NCBI GenBank assembly: GCA_009859145.1
Contig: VRVR01000021.1
Coordinates: forward strand, 20,001 to 268,000
Origin: Andalucia godoyi And28
Taxonomy: Eukaryota > Protista > Jakobida
Reading direction: 5' to 3'
DNA length: 248,000 bases
Part shown: piece by piece, positions 34,597 through 45,593 of the stretch
Layout of the letters: every line of letters starts with the position of its first letter
Position numbering within the stretch: position 1 is the first letter of the stretch
Program-made: the position numbers and the translations under genes
The notes under the pieces: generated by a model
Database searches by the model: none
What the model was told of the DNA's origin: nothing
The model's input: only the letters and a program-made list of their open reading frames with translations

Positions 34597-35325
34597 AAGT
34601 TGAACTTGGTTCTGTCGCTACGACTTTGAGCAGAGAGAGACACGGAGGGAAAAGACCAGCAAAAAGAAGAAGAAAGAAACGGCTCGAAAAGAAGGAAAAA
34701 AGTCGTTTTGAAAAAGCACGAGGTGGTTCGTTAACCCTTTTTGTTCTCATTTTTTTTTCCCTTTTGGATGAACGTCAGTCTTGTCTGCTCGCATCAGGTC
34801 GAAGCAGGAATGACTAATAAAAATAATATGTATAAAATAAGAAAGAAAGGGAAAAAAAATCGGATAGGAAACAGTAAAAGTGTGGATTCGAAAGAAAAGA
34901 CATGACGTACAGCAGCTTTTTTTTTCTCTCTCATACTCTTTTTTTCTTTTCTCTGTTCATACCTTTTGTTGTTGGCTCGTTTTCACGAAACTACTTGAGT
35001 TCGGTTGAGAAGGAAATGTCGGATATGAGCTGAATGATGAAATTTAATGGATTATCTACGCTTTCATATATTCAAATGTTCTTTTACTCTGTATTTGTTT
35101 TGGGTTTTCCTTTCTCCTTTTCTCTTTTATTTTTTTGTTCATTTATTAATTTTTTTGATTATTTAAAAGTACGCTTTTCCTGCAAGCGCCGTAGATTCCA
35201 GCTCGTCTGGGTTTCCAACAGACGCAAAACACACACACACATACATACACATACCACACGCGCGCGAGCAGAAAAGGGAACGAGAGAGAGAGAGAGAAAA
35301 GGGAACAGAGAACAGAAGAACAGGG

Positions 35326-35829
35326 ATGGCATCGCCAATAAAAGGCAATTTTGCTGGAGAAGGCCTGACGACGAATACGCAAGCGCGGATATTCCAAGGG
35401 CTTCAGAAGAAGCAAAAGTGCGCACTTTGCGACGTGACGTTTTTTATGGACGGGCTTCCTGGGGCAGTGTCGTACAAATCTGTGTTTGAGCTGCGCCGGC
35501 GGTGGCAGAAGGGCCAGGATTCGTCGCCGCTTTCAAGAAGAGCAGCAGGAAAAATGTATGATAAGGCCGCAGTCTGCATTTTTTGCTTGCAGTTCTTCCT
35601 TGAAGGGTACACAAACGAAAACACGGCGTCCTTTGAGTACAGACAGGCAGAGACACAAAGACTCGCACCGGCTTCTCCAAGTCATGGCGAAAGACCGCGG
35701 TCGCCTGCATCCACACCATCGACTCCGATGCTAATGAGCAGGTCACACAGTCCATCCGGAAGGCCATCGAGCAGACAGCAGTCCGTCACGGGAACGCGAT
35801 CCGTAGTAGTTTCACCCAAGTATCAGTAG
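35326..35829 (+). CDS. Small hypothetical protein with CxxC..CxxC
   Basis: CALC..VCIFC pair in a 167 aa ORF. Confidence 0.5.
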   Translation: MASPIKGNFAGEGLTTNTQARIFQGLQKKQKCALCDVTFFMDGLPGAVSYKSVFELRRRWQKGQDSSPLSRRAAGKMYDKAAVCIFCLQFFLEGYTNENTASFEYRQAETQRLAPASPSHGERPRSPASTPSTPMLMSRSHSPSGRPSSRQQSVTGTRSVVVSPKYQ

Positions 35830-36089
35830 TTTTCAATCCCTTTTGCACCATCTCGGTACTTTCCCCTCCTCTTCCTTCCTTCTTCTGTTTGTTAACAAGG
35901 AATCTGTGCAAGAAAAGCATCGATAAACATTCGCCCGAATGCACTCCCGGCAAGTAAGTTGAAGAAAGGCAGTGAATAGACGTGGCATTCTTTCATTCTT
36001 TCACTTTTTATTATTATTTGGCTGTTGTTTTTTTTTTTTTTTTTTTTTTTTTCGCTTTAAGAATCAACACAACAAAGACAAAACCTGAT

Positions 36090-37361
36090 CTATGCTCTGG
36101 GGCGAATTTGGTAAAACTCCAGCTCCTCGTCGGGCATGGGAGACAAGAGCTCCTTGACCAGCGACGGCGGAACGTCTTCGATTCGCGATGGGGAGTACTG
36201 CGGATCACCCTGCTTCTTCTTCAGCGTGCAAAGGGTGCCGTCTGCAAAGTCATCCCGTTCGACCATCCGAATTGCAGCGCGATACTCGAGAATCATGCAA
36301 GAAAATACATCGAGCTTCCTTCCTCGATGGAACGACTCGAAAAACAAACACTCTGAAGTGGGACATTTTGTTCGGATAGTGTCATAACACTGCTTTGCAA
36401 AGTCTGTTTTTTTCTTGAGCAAGTTGTCCAACACGTGGTGAATCGTTGCTCCCTTGAAGAGTTCTTGAACCTGCGCAAACGTCTTTTCGAACGCATCGAG
36501 ATCCTTTTGCTGCGGCCGCTGCGCAACCTTGGAAATGTTCTCTTCAATCCACGCTCGAACACACGCGTCGCTCTGGAAGTCATCTGAAATCAGGTTTTTC
36601 TTGAGATCGCCGAACTTTGCAGAAGGCACAAAGTGCGAGGCAATTCCATGCGTAAGGACCTCGATGCCCTTCAGCCGCACCGAGCAAAGCCCCAAATACA
36701 GCCCCAAGTTCCCTCGCAGTCTCGGCAGAAAATACGTGGCAGACACATCTGGCCAGAGACCAATCCCGGCCTCCGGCATCGCAAACAGCGTTGTCTCGTT
36801 GCAGATCTGAAACGTTGCATTCTTTGCAAGTCCGACCCCACCACCCATCCACACCCCCTGCACAAGCGCTACAAATGGCTTTGTGTACTCCGCAATGAGT
36901 CTGTCGAGATTGTACTCAGTTGCGAAAAACACTCTTGGAAACGAATATGCATTTGTGTTGCAGTCGTAGCGCGTCAGCAGCGGAGCATGCTCCATTTTTG
37001 CTTTTTCCTTTTCCAAGTGACATTCCGCAAGCGTCATGATGTCACCACCAGCACAAAAGCCCTTTCCCTCGCCCGTTACAAGCACAAACTTCACCGCCTC
37101 GTCGAACTGCGCACGCGCAACAAGAATTTGGATCAACTTAAGCATAGGCAGCGTCATTGCATTCAGCTTGGACGGTCGGTTCAGCGATATTTGCAAGCAC
37201 CCGTTCTTGTGAAGTTTTGACAAAATGCCCTCTTCATCGCGATCGTAGAAGGATCTCGACACCGGTCCTGACACATCCACCAAAGACAGCCCGTAGTCTC
37301 CACATATCTCTGGGAAAACCTGCTTGGAAAGAACGGCTAGACGATTCGTCGCATTCGCCAT
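36090..37361 (-). CDS. HIBCH: 3-hydroxyisobutyryl-CoA hydrolase
   Basis: LNRPSKLNAM, FCAGGDI, WMGGGVGL, FAMPEAGIGLWPDV. Confidence 0.93.
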   Translation of the reverse strand: MANATNRLAVLSKQVFPEICGDYGLSLVDVSGPVSRSFYDRDEEGILSKLHKNGCLQISLNRPSKLNAMTLPMLKLIQILVARAQFDEAVKFVLVTGEGKGFCAGGDIMTLAECHLEKEKAKMEHAPLLTRYDCNTNAYSFPRVFFATEYNLDRLIAEYTKPFVALVQGVWMGGGVGLAKNATFQICNETTLFAMPEAGIGLWPDVSATYFLPRLRGNLGLYLGLCSVRLKGIEVLTHGIASHFVPSAKFGDLKKNLISDDFQSDACVRAWIEENISKVAQRPQQKDLDAFEKTFAQVQELFKGATIHHVLDNLLKKKTDFAKQCYDTIRTKCPTSECLFFESFHRGRKLDVFSCMILEYRAAIRMVERDDFADGTLCTLKKKQGDPQYSPSRIEDVPPSLVKELLSPMPDEELEFYQIRPRA

Positions 37362-38074
37362 GACTGGAATATAAAAAAACTGCTTCTAAATAGAAGGGAA
37401 AGAAAGTGAAATGAAATGATTTATAACAATATAAACAATTAAATATATAAATATAAATATAAATACAAGTTAAGGAGCGTTGCAGAATGAAACGTTTTCT
37501 CAATATGCAGTTTCAAAAAAATGCAGGACACGATCTAGCATCAAGCACAAAGCACAAAGCATCACTTTCCTTTTCCGCAAATGGAAATATTCCCCTGGAA
37601 AACGTGGAAAAACCTCCGGAATTGGTAAAACGACAAAGCTGACAGCATTTGATGTTGTGTCCGAGCAGTGTCCCGTGACAAGTTGAACGTGCATGGAACT
37701 GCTGTCACTGCACAGTGGACTTGTTTATCTCGATAGGGGCAATTTTGTCTGGATGTTCTGTTCGTCTGACGCATTCGAGTACAATGCAAATCGATGTTCA
37801 TCTTGAACCAAGTTTCCGAACAGCACGCTCGAAGCTGGGCCCTTCCGTTGGGCAGAAAGAACTTCAAGCCAGAGACGCAACGGGAAATGAGAGGCAGAAG
37901 GGGAGAAAGAAAAAAACCGTGCTCGACATCGAAAAGGAGGAGGTGCAAAGAAGAGACTGTCTTCTATTTTTTGGCGGAATCTGAAACAAACGATCGCAAC
38001 ACTTTTTTGGCTGAAGAAGAAAGAAGAACAGTGAAGAGCGGGGGGGAAAACAGAAAAGAAGAAAGAAATTCGCG

Positions 38075-39187
38075 ATGGCATCGGTTTTTAAGTACGACTA
38101 CACGGCAGCCACGAAAGGCGCCATCCAAAAGCTGTGGTACTGGTATGTCGTTGATCCCGTTCTGGAGGACACGATGAAACAACGAGCGGTGAATGTGGAA
38201 GACAACTCGGTGTTCACCAGCAGTAATCGCGTATCGGATGCGGTTCCGTGGCTGTGTCTGTGCCTGTTCTTTTGCTTCGTTAATTTCCTGTTTCGATTGC
38301 AAGCGAATCGTGCAGCTATCCGCATTGCGAAGCGGCGCAAGATACGGAGCGCCGATCAGAAAAAGTTTGCCGAGTGTGTGTACTATGTCGGGTACTATGT
38401 TGCCGTGTCCATCCTTGGACTTGTGGTGCTTGCACTGGATGGATGGTCTCCATTTCCCGCAAGCAACTTTTGGAATGGTTGGCCGATGCAGCCTTTTTCA
38501 CGAACATTCCGCACATACTACATGTGGGAGCTTGCGTTCTACATGACTGCCGTGCTCTTCACACTCTGCTTTGACGGGAAACGCTCGGATCGGACTGAGC
38601 TTGTGACGCATCATTTCGTCACGATTGCGCTCATCGCATCGTCGTTTTGGATGTACTTTTTCCGCGTGGGCCTCATGATCCTCATTATCCACAACGTCGG
38701 TGACATTTTCCTGTACGCAACCAAAGCTGTCTACTACTGGAATCATCGACAAGGGCTGCTGAAAGACATCATGTTTGGGTGCTTCGCAGCGTCCTTCTTC
38801 GTCACTCGTCTCGTGTTCTTCCCGCTGCACGTCCTGCCTTCGTGCTGGTTCGACGTATTAGAATTTGTCCCCGGAATCCACGTCATGATGAACGAACGCC
38901 TGTTCATCAATGTTTGCCTCTGGCTGCTCCAATCCCTGCACGTCTTTTGGTTTGCGATGATTGCTCGAATGGTCTATCGGTTGGCTGTGAAGGGCGAGGT
39001 AGAAAAGGATATTCGCAGCGATGACGAGGAAGATGCCGTTCCCGATCACGACAACTCCTCGGACCACTCGTCCAACGGATCCGGTACAGAGAGGGAAGTC
39101 TCGTGCTTCGCGCGCGGAAGCTCAAGTACACTCCATAAGCGACTCCAAACCCACTCGACGTTTAAGAAGACCCGCAAGCAGAACTAA
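38075..39187 (+). CDS. LAG1: Ceramide synthase (TLC/Lag1 domain)
   Basis: RSDRTELVTHHFVT, IIHNVGDIFLY, DIRSDDE. Confidence 0.9.
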   Translation: MASVFKYDYTAATKGAIQKLWYWYVVDPVLEDTMKQRAVNVEDNSVFTSSNRVSDAVPWLCLCLFFCFVNFLFRLQANRAAIRIAKRRKIRSADQKKFAECVYYVGYYVAVSILGLVVLALDGWSPFPASNFWNGWPMQPFSRTFRTYYMWELAFYMTAVLFTLCFDGKRSDRTELVTHHFVTIALIASSFWMYFFRVGLMILIIHNVGDIFLYATKAVYYWNHRQGLLKDIMFGCFAASFFVTRLVFFPLHVLPSCWFDVLEFVPGIHVMMNERLFINVCLWLLQSLHVFWFAMIARMVYRLAVKGEVEKDIRSDDEEDAVPDHDNSSDHSSNGSGTEREVSCFARGSSSTLHKRLQTHSTFKKTRKQN

Positions 39188-39506
39188 TAATAAAATAAAT
39201 TAAGAATAATGTATATATATATATATATATAAAAGGAGGCACACACCGAGACAGGAAGCCCCTCGTACATTCATGCAAAGTAAATAACGCTCCTTTTCCA
39301 TTCCGCTTTTCCTTGATTTGAGCAAGACTGAAAACTGTGAAAACCATGAAAGTCTGGAGTTGCGCGGTTGTAAGTCCAAATTCGATCTGGCTTTCGTTTT
39401 TTCCTTTCATTCATGCATTTCTGTTTCCGTTCATTTTTCATTTTGATTTTATTTCATGCTGTCGCAGAGTCAGCAAGCCATAGTTCGAAGCGGTGATTGA
39501 TCAGGT

Positions 39507-40553
39507 TTGTTTTGCGTCTGCCTTGTGATGTTTTCTCGCAAGACGCACACAGCCATTCCGTCTTCGGATGATGACGGAATCACGGAGGCAAGCTCAGGCC
39601 CAGGCTCGGGCTCGGGTGCCGCAAAACTCCACAGTTCACCAACGCTGCTTTCAAACTTGTTCTTTCCTGGACTGTATGTTTCGTTGTGGGTTGTCCAGAC
39701 GCTGCTTATCAAAAGCGCACAGGTGGCCGGTGCATATGCGTTTGATGTGTTTGCAATGACACTGCTGACAGAAGCAGTCAAGTTTGTTCTCACATTTTTG
39801 TACTTCTCGTTCTTTGAAGGCGAGGCTCCTTCTGTTTCAAACACAATCCGCACTCTACGATCTTCGTCACATATGGGCGTCAAGTACTGCATCCCCGCCT
39901 GCATTTACTCCGTCTACAATGTACTTGTCTTCGTGAATTTGCTCGCGTTCGACCCAGGCGTCTATCGAGTTCTCATCAACATCCGTGTCGTAACGTCGGG
40001 ACTCCTGTTTCAGTTCTTCTTTGGAAAGCAGCTGGGACAGCGAAAGTGGATTGCACTGCTCATTCTGACATTTGGATGTGCAATTGCAAAGTATGAATCG
40101 TTCTATCTGGATTCGGCTTGGCCGCTTGTTGTGCTCCTATTCCAAGCTGGACTCTCGTCGTTGGGAGGCGTGTCGAATGAGTTCCTGTTCAAAAATGAGC
40201 CGTCTGTCCATTTCGCTGTGCAGAACATGTGGCTGTATGGAATGGGAACTCTGTCGAATTTGATAACTGCAATGATCATCCGCGGTCCAGACTCGGTGCT
40301 CTCTGGTTCTCTCTTCAATGGGTTTGGCACCACCGCAGCGGTGATTGTCTTTTTCTCGGCACTCGGCGGATTCTCAACTTCGTTTTTGCTAAAGTTCATG
40401 TCCGTGATCGCAAAGGAATTCGCCAACGGCGTCGAAATGGTCTTCGTTGCTGTTGCATCGCATTTTCTTTTCGATACCCCGCTGCAGGCAAATCTTCTTG
40501 TGTCTATTGCCTGTGTCTGGATCGCCTTGTACACATTCAATACTGCGACGTGA
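39507..40553 (+). CDS. Nucleotide-sugar transporter (SLC35A family)
   Basis: TEAVKF, IPACIY..N.L, QRKWIAL, GGVSNEFLFK, QNMWLY. Confidence 0.87.
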   Translation: MFCVCLVMFSRKTHTAIPSSDDDGITEASSGPGSGSGAAKLHSSPTLLSNLFFPGLYVSLWVVQTLLIKSAQVAGAYAFDVFAMTLLTEAVKFVLTFLYFSFFEGEAPSVSNTIRTLRSSSHMGVKYCIPACIYSVYNVLVFVNLLAFDPGVYRVLINIRVVTSGLLFQFFFGKQLGQRKWIALLILTFGCAIAKYESFYLDSAWPLVVLLFQAGLSSLGGVSNEFLFKNEPSVHFAVQNMWLYGMGTLSNLITAMIIRGPDSVLSGSLFNGFGTTAAVIVFFSALGGFSTSFLLKFMSVIAKEFANGVEMVFVAVASHFLFDTPLQANLLVSIACVWIALYTFNTAT

Positions 40554-40694
40554 GTTCTGTGACTCGTTTCTCTTTTTATTATTTTCGTCATCATTCATCA
40601 TTCTGCTAAACAGGAAAAGAAGATAAACAATCAAGACAGAACGCATATTTTTTATTATTAGTACTACTAGAATTTTTTTGGGGGGATGCGTCAA

Positions 40695-40947
40695 CGCCTA
40701 CATTGTACACTAACCACGGATAACCATCGCTGATCACCCATAATCAATGCTGCAACCCAACAACATGCATAATGCAACGCGGCGGCGTGTTTATAGGGAT
40801 TTCATGATCAAAATGGGGCGAAACGAATCGGGCATCGTGTGACGGAGGTGCTTAGATAGCAAACGCATGCGCATGGCGTGTGGCAGTGTTTTTTTGTTTT
40901 TACGTGCGCTTTAGATTGCTTCATCATATCGCAATTAGCGGCAGCGG
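40695..40947 (-). mobile_element. Fanzor2/IS607-like minimal element, family Fz-D copy 2
   Basis: Reverse copy of 13654-13906: CCGCTGCCGCTAATTG..TACAATGTAGGCG. Confidence 0.8.
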
Positions 40948-41054
40948 TACAAACAGCAGCACTCAGCATACATCTAATATACACTTTGCTGGACGTTGGA
41001 TAAAGAAGACGAGACGGAGGGAAAAGATGTGGGAAGCGAGTGTGCTTTCGGTCT

Positions 41055-43067
41055 TCAGACTTTTCTCTTTGCAGTACCGATCTCACAGGCATTCACTTTG
41101 GCACCGAATCGAAGCGAGTTAATGGTCTCCGGGATGGAGCCCTCAGCAGGACTGACGCAAAGCATCATGAGCGACTTTGCGGAGCCGCCAAGAGAGTTCT
41201 GCAGAAGATGGGTGAGTTTCGAATTTCGATAGGGAACGTGCTTGTCCTTGTTGGCAAGAGCGTGGATGACATCGCCGAGGCACGAGAGAGATTTGTTGAT
41301 ATGCTGCGTCTCCTTCAGTCGTTCTCCTGTAGACCCGGAGGAGTTCAGGCGCTCGGAGCCGGCAAGATCAATCAGGTTGAGAAGACCATCGCGGTGCTCT
41401 CCGGTGATTGCATTGTCTCCGACGATGTGCAGCTGAAAGACAGAGTGCGAACGAGATGATCGTTCGTTGCACAGCGTTGCGGAAACAGTTCTGCTCTGAG
41501 AAGCCTTTTCCAACAGTCGGAACACATCGCTGGGCTGCATGACATCCTGGATCGACAGCCCCTCTACATAGACCGACCCAGTGCGTTCGTGACGAATGTC
41601 CATGTCGGCAGCCGTGGACGCCGGGACGAGCAAGTCGCGGATCGTCTCGTTGTAAATCTCCAAGTACGAGGCAGAAAACTTGAAGTTCCAGCCGCGGTCG
41701 CCAAGCGCTGCAGCGGTGGAAAACACCTGCGCAACCGACTGCGGGATCATTCCAGGATCTGCCGTGCTGCCTTCCATAGTATGAGTCTTTCCGGAGCCAG
41801 TTTGTCCATATGCAAAAATGCATACCTTGTACCCGTCCAATGCGGACTGCACCAGCTGAGAAATCTCTCGAAACACCTCTTGCTGCTTGCTGTCGGATCC
41901 GAAGACGCGGTCGAACTGGAAACTGTACTTCTTCAGTTCGGAACGCTGACCATCTGCGCTTTCGCGAGCAACACCATCAATTTCCATTGTGCGCGAATCG
42001 GTGCCATCAATCATGCGGAGTGCATCATGGGGAATTTCGGCCCCAAGGAACGGTCGGATCCGACAGAACACACGGACGTTTCCCTTCAGTTCTAGGATGG
42101 TGTTGTGAAGCTGCGAACGGATGGCTTCGTCTTCGTGTCGTCTCTTTTCCAGGAAGGCGATCTCGCCCTCACGATCCGCCAGTTTCTTTTCCAGTTCCGC
42201 AATCTTTGCAGCACGAGTGCTGTTCTCTGCTTCGGTGTTGGAGAGCTGGGTACGCAGCAAGGAAGTCTCCTGTCGAAGAGCTTCCGACTGCGAAGTGAGC
42301 GTTGCAATCTGGATCCTCAGTCCTTGCGCCTCCGCTCTGAGAACCTCATTATCTGCCGACGACTTTTTGAGCTGCTCATCGGTGTTTCTCAGCTCTCTTT
42401 GAGCACGATCGAGCTCGTCCATGAGCTGGTTTCGAACACGACGGATCTCGTCTTCAAAGTTGTTGCGCAGTCCTCGTGTTTCTGAATCGTGGCTCTCCCG
42501 CATCATCCTCATTTCCCGCATCACATTCTCAAAGCTGTTTTGCGTGTCTGAAAGCTGACTCTGCACTGCATGTGATGCCGATACTGCAACTTCCAAATCT
42601 GGAATCTTGGCTGCGAGCTCCTTCAGCGTCTTGATTTCTGCAAGCGCATCCTCCAAGCGGCCCTTCGTGTCCCATGCAGGGCGCTTTGCGGCTGGCGCAG
42701 CGGTCGGAATGCTCGACACCGCCACCACCTTCTTTTCCTCCTTGTCTACAGAAGCAGCCGAAACACTCCGTTTCATCGGAGGCTTTGCAGTGCCCGTCGT
42801 GCTGTTCGTGGTCGCTGACACAGCGGGAGTCGGCGTTTTCTTCACAATCACAGTCGTCCGCGTTGCCCCAACCGCAGTCTTTGGCCGTACCGTTGCAGCT
42901 TGCGGAGCCGTGTTCTCATCTGAACCCGCACCCAAACCAGCACTCGAAACCCCAACCGTGGACGCCGACTTGCCAAGAACTTGTGACGAGAAAATCTTGG
43001 GCTTTGGAAGCTTGGACTCAAGACCCTTGCTGTTCACACTCGACGCACTCAATGGACGAGCCGACAT
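41055..43067 (-). CDS. KIFC1: Kinesin-14 (C-terminal motor)
   Basis: LKGNVRVFCRIRP, AYGQTGSGKT, NERSSRSH, LIDLAGSER at the C-terminus. Confidence 0.93.
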   Translation of the reverse strand: MSARPLSASSVNSKGLESKLPKPKIFSSQVLGKSASTVGVSSAGLGAGSDENTAPQAATVRPKTAVGATRTTVIVKKTPTPAVSATTNSTTGTAKPPMKRSVSAASVDKEEKKVVAVSSIPTAAPAAKRPAWDTKGRLEDALAEIKTLKELAAKIPDLEVAVSASHAVQSQLSDTQNSFENVMREMRMMRESHDSETRGLRNNFEDEIRRVRNQLMDELDRAQRELRNTDEQLKKSSADNEVLRAEAQGLRIQIATLTSQSEALRQETSLLRTQLSNTEAENSTRAAKIAELEKKLADREGEIAFLEKRRHEDEAIRSQLHNTILELKGNVRVFCRIRPFLGAEIPHDALRMIDGTDSRTMEIDGVARESADGQRSELKKYSFQFDRVFGSDSKQQEVFREISQLVQSALDGYKVCIFAYGQTGSGKTHTMEGSTADPGMIPQSVAQVFSTAAALGDRGWNFKFSASYLEIYNETIRDLLVPASTAADMDIRHERTGSVYVEGLSIQDVMQPSDVFRLLEKASQSRTVSATLCNERSSRSHSVFQLHIVGDNAITGEHRDGLLNLIDLAGSERLNSSGSTGERLKETQHINKSLSCLGDVIHALANKDKHVPYRNSKLTHLLQNSLGGSAKSLMMLCVSPAEGSIPETINSLRFGAKVNACEIGTAKRKV

Positions 43068-43434
43068 GATTCTCTCGTAAGCAAACCAAAATCTTTAATT
43101 TTTTTCAAAGAATAACGAATTTAGTTTCAAAAGAAGATGATGATGCACAGGAACAGGAAGAGGAAGAGGAAGAAGCGGCGGGGATGGAATGAAAGAACAG
43201 TTACGCGTTTTTCGTTTTCGATTTTTTTGGGAAAAAAATATTTTAACGGTGTTATTGAGTCGCTTGAGGCATCCAGCATCGAGTCTCCCGAGTTGAAGCT
43301 ACGAGTCCTATTTCCAACAAGCGTTTTGGGAACTCCTGTCTCTCTTTTCCTTTTTTCTTTTTTTTCTTTTCTTTTTTTTCTTTTCTTTTTTTTTTGAGGG
43401 GAAGGGAGGCTAGGGGAGGGGAGGGGGTTCATAC

Positions 43435-44343
43435 TTGATGAATCGTGAGATCCAAAATATCCAATGGCTTGTGTCGGAGATCAAGCGGAGCCCGAGTCTG
43501 ATTGTTGATGAAGCCGAGAGGCAGTCATCATCGACTGCAAGCGTTTGTTCGGCTCCGATTTTGGTTCCGGTTCCGGATGTGGCGCGTCTAGCGACTACCG
43601 GAGAGAAGGTGAGTGCGGTGCAGTCGTTTGTGGATGGGCTGCAGTACAACTTCACGGGCCACGGGTTCTTCAACCTCGGGAAGAAACGCTCGGTTTCGCA
43701 TATCCTCATGGAAGGCAGAGCGATTGCAAAGGAGCAGCTTCCGATAAAGTGTCTCGAAGCTGTTTTTGTGTCGCTGTATTTGACCAGGGAGCTCGGAACA
43801 GAGATTGAACGGATTCCAGTTGCTTTCAAATCGAGAATGGATGGCCATGTCCATCGACACATTGTACTGGCTGTGGTCGACAAGGCTTCCAAGAAATGGG
43901 GTTCGCTGGGTCTCTCCAGACGCCCTGAACTGGGCTTCAAGCCACTTGCATTCGACTCGCTCTGGGCTCTGATCCTCGACTATGAAGCGTCGTATGCTGC
44001 GAACTTCCACACTCTCAGAAGATTCAAACTTGGTCTGCCCGTTCCGTTCGATACGTACTCCAAGGCACAGATTGTATGGAAGTATCTGACAGTTCCGCTG
44101 CATCCGTTGCGCGACGCAGACAGCTGCAGTACCCTACTCCACCGCGAGAATGTGTCGCAGATCTGCCAAGAGTACTGCAATCAGTATGCCGAGGCCGTCT
44201 CTCAGTACACATCTACAGGGATCGTCGACCGTGCGTGGACCAAAGAGCTGCAGCATCGGTTTGCCCTCAATCTGGAAGCTGAAATCAGCGATCAGGATCA
44301 AGACGACGCAGAAGATGCTCCAGAAGGAAGCTCCGCGCAATAA
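43435..44343 (+). CDS. VASH: Vasohibin (tubulin carboxypeptidase)
   Basis: LQYNFTGHGFF, LPIKCLEAV, HRHIVL, GLSRRPEL. Confidence 0.9.
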   Translation: MMNREIQNIQWLVSEIKRSPSLIVDEAERQSSSTASVCSAPILVPVPDVARLATTGEKVSAVQSFVDGLQYNFTGHGFFNLGKKRSVSHILMEGRAIAKEQLPIKCLEAVFVSLYLTRELGTEIERIPVAFKSRMDGHVHRHIVLAVVDKASKKWGSLGLSRRPELGFKPLAFDSLWALILDYEASYAANFHTLRRFKLGLPVPFDTYSKAQIVWKYLTVPLHPLRDADSCSTLLHRENVSQICQEYCNQYAEAVSQYTSTGIVDRAWTKELQHRFALNLEAEISDQDQDDAEDAPEGSSAQ

Positions 44344-44735
44344 ACAAATCCTTCTACACTGTCTCGCAAACACCGTGCTGTATCATGCGGCACGCCTGGA
44401 TAGTGGACTACCCACAGACCCAGAAATCCAGAGGACGAACAAGAAACGTCATCATCATCATCACCAACGCACTGCTGCTGTAAGACCTTGTACGCGCAGT
44501 TCGTTCGAAGTTGTTTTCAGATCAGCGAAACTCGGTCAGCTCTGGATTTCATTATTCATTAATTGCGTTTCGTACTGTTTTTTATTTTATTTTATGCTCT
44601 TTTTTTTGTTTTTGTTTTGTTTTTGTAAATTCCTTTTTCTTACATATTTAATTGCTTCCCTCTGAATCCTTATTATAACCTGTCTTCGGTTTCTGTTGTT
44701 TCTGATCGATAAGGCTGTTAGACGGTGGGACAGGA

Positions 44736-45437
44736 ATGTCAGGAAGACAGCCACAGAAGCACGCAAAGCCGAAGAAACGCAATGTGCCCGAAGAAATCAA
44801 GTTTGATGCGGCGTCGCGAACTGCGTTTGTGAATGGATTTCGAAAGCGCAAGAACGAGCGTCGAGAAAAGGCGAAAGCGCAAGAAGACTGGAAAAAACAG
44901 CAAGAAGTTCGCGAGAAACGCAGGGAAAAGAGACAGAGCTTGAAAGAGCGTGCGGAGACGATTACTGTTGCGTTTGATGACGACGAGGATTCGAATGACG
45001 ACAAGCTGATGCAGAATTTGCAGTTTCCTACGGTCGAGGACGGCGATGACGACTCGTCGGACGAAGACGGTGTGACAAGTCTGAATATTCGAACAGACGT
45101 GGCCGAAGCTGGATCCGTCGAAGAACGCAGCAGGCATCACGAGAATGGCGATGTGAGTCGGACCGCGGACGAGGACGAGGATGGCGAGGATGCAGATACA
45201 AATTCTTCGTATTCAGAAGTTACGATTGACGCGATGCCGCTTGAAGACGAGTCGTTGAAACGAAGTAGAAAACCTATCCAAGTACTTGGTCGAGGACTGC
45301 AACAAGAGGAAGAGGAGGAGGAGGAGGAGGAAGAAAACAGACCGGCGAAAAAGATCAGGTCGACGGTTCGGCACACATTGTCGAAGCCAAGCAGGTATCT
45401 TCGCGCAATCAACGGCATGTTCAAGGGTGTATTGTAG
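44736..45437 (+). CDS. NOL12: Nucleolar protein 12 / Rrp17
   Basis: EIKFDAASRTAFVNGFRKRKNERRE Nop25 motif, acidic tail. Confidence 0.78.
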   Translation: MSGRQPQKHAKPKKRNVPEEIKFDAASRTAFVNGFRKRKNERREKAKAQEDWKKQQEVREKRREKRQSLKERAETITVAFDDDEDSNDDKLMQNLQFPTVEDGDDDSSDEDGVTSLNIRTDVAEAGSVEERSRHHENGDVSRTADEDEDGEDADTNSSYSEVTIDAMPLEDESLKRSRKPIQVLGRGLQQEEEEEEEEEENRPAKKIRSTVRHTLSKPSRYLRAINGMFKGVL

Positions 45438-45593
45438 ACTATCAAACAAGAAAACGGCAACTTCAATAAACACACAGCAAAAATAGGTGTATATATCATT
45501 CATGCACACTGCAGAGAGCAAGACGTGTGGATTTTATCATGATCTACGTCGACAGAAGGCGGGGCATTCACACCAAAAATAAGAAAGGGAAAA

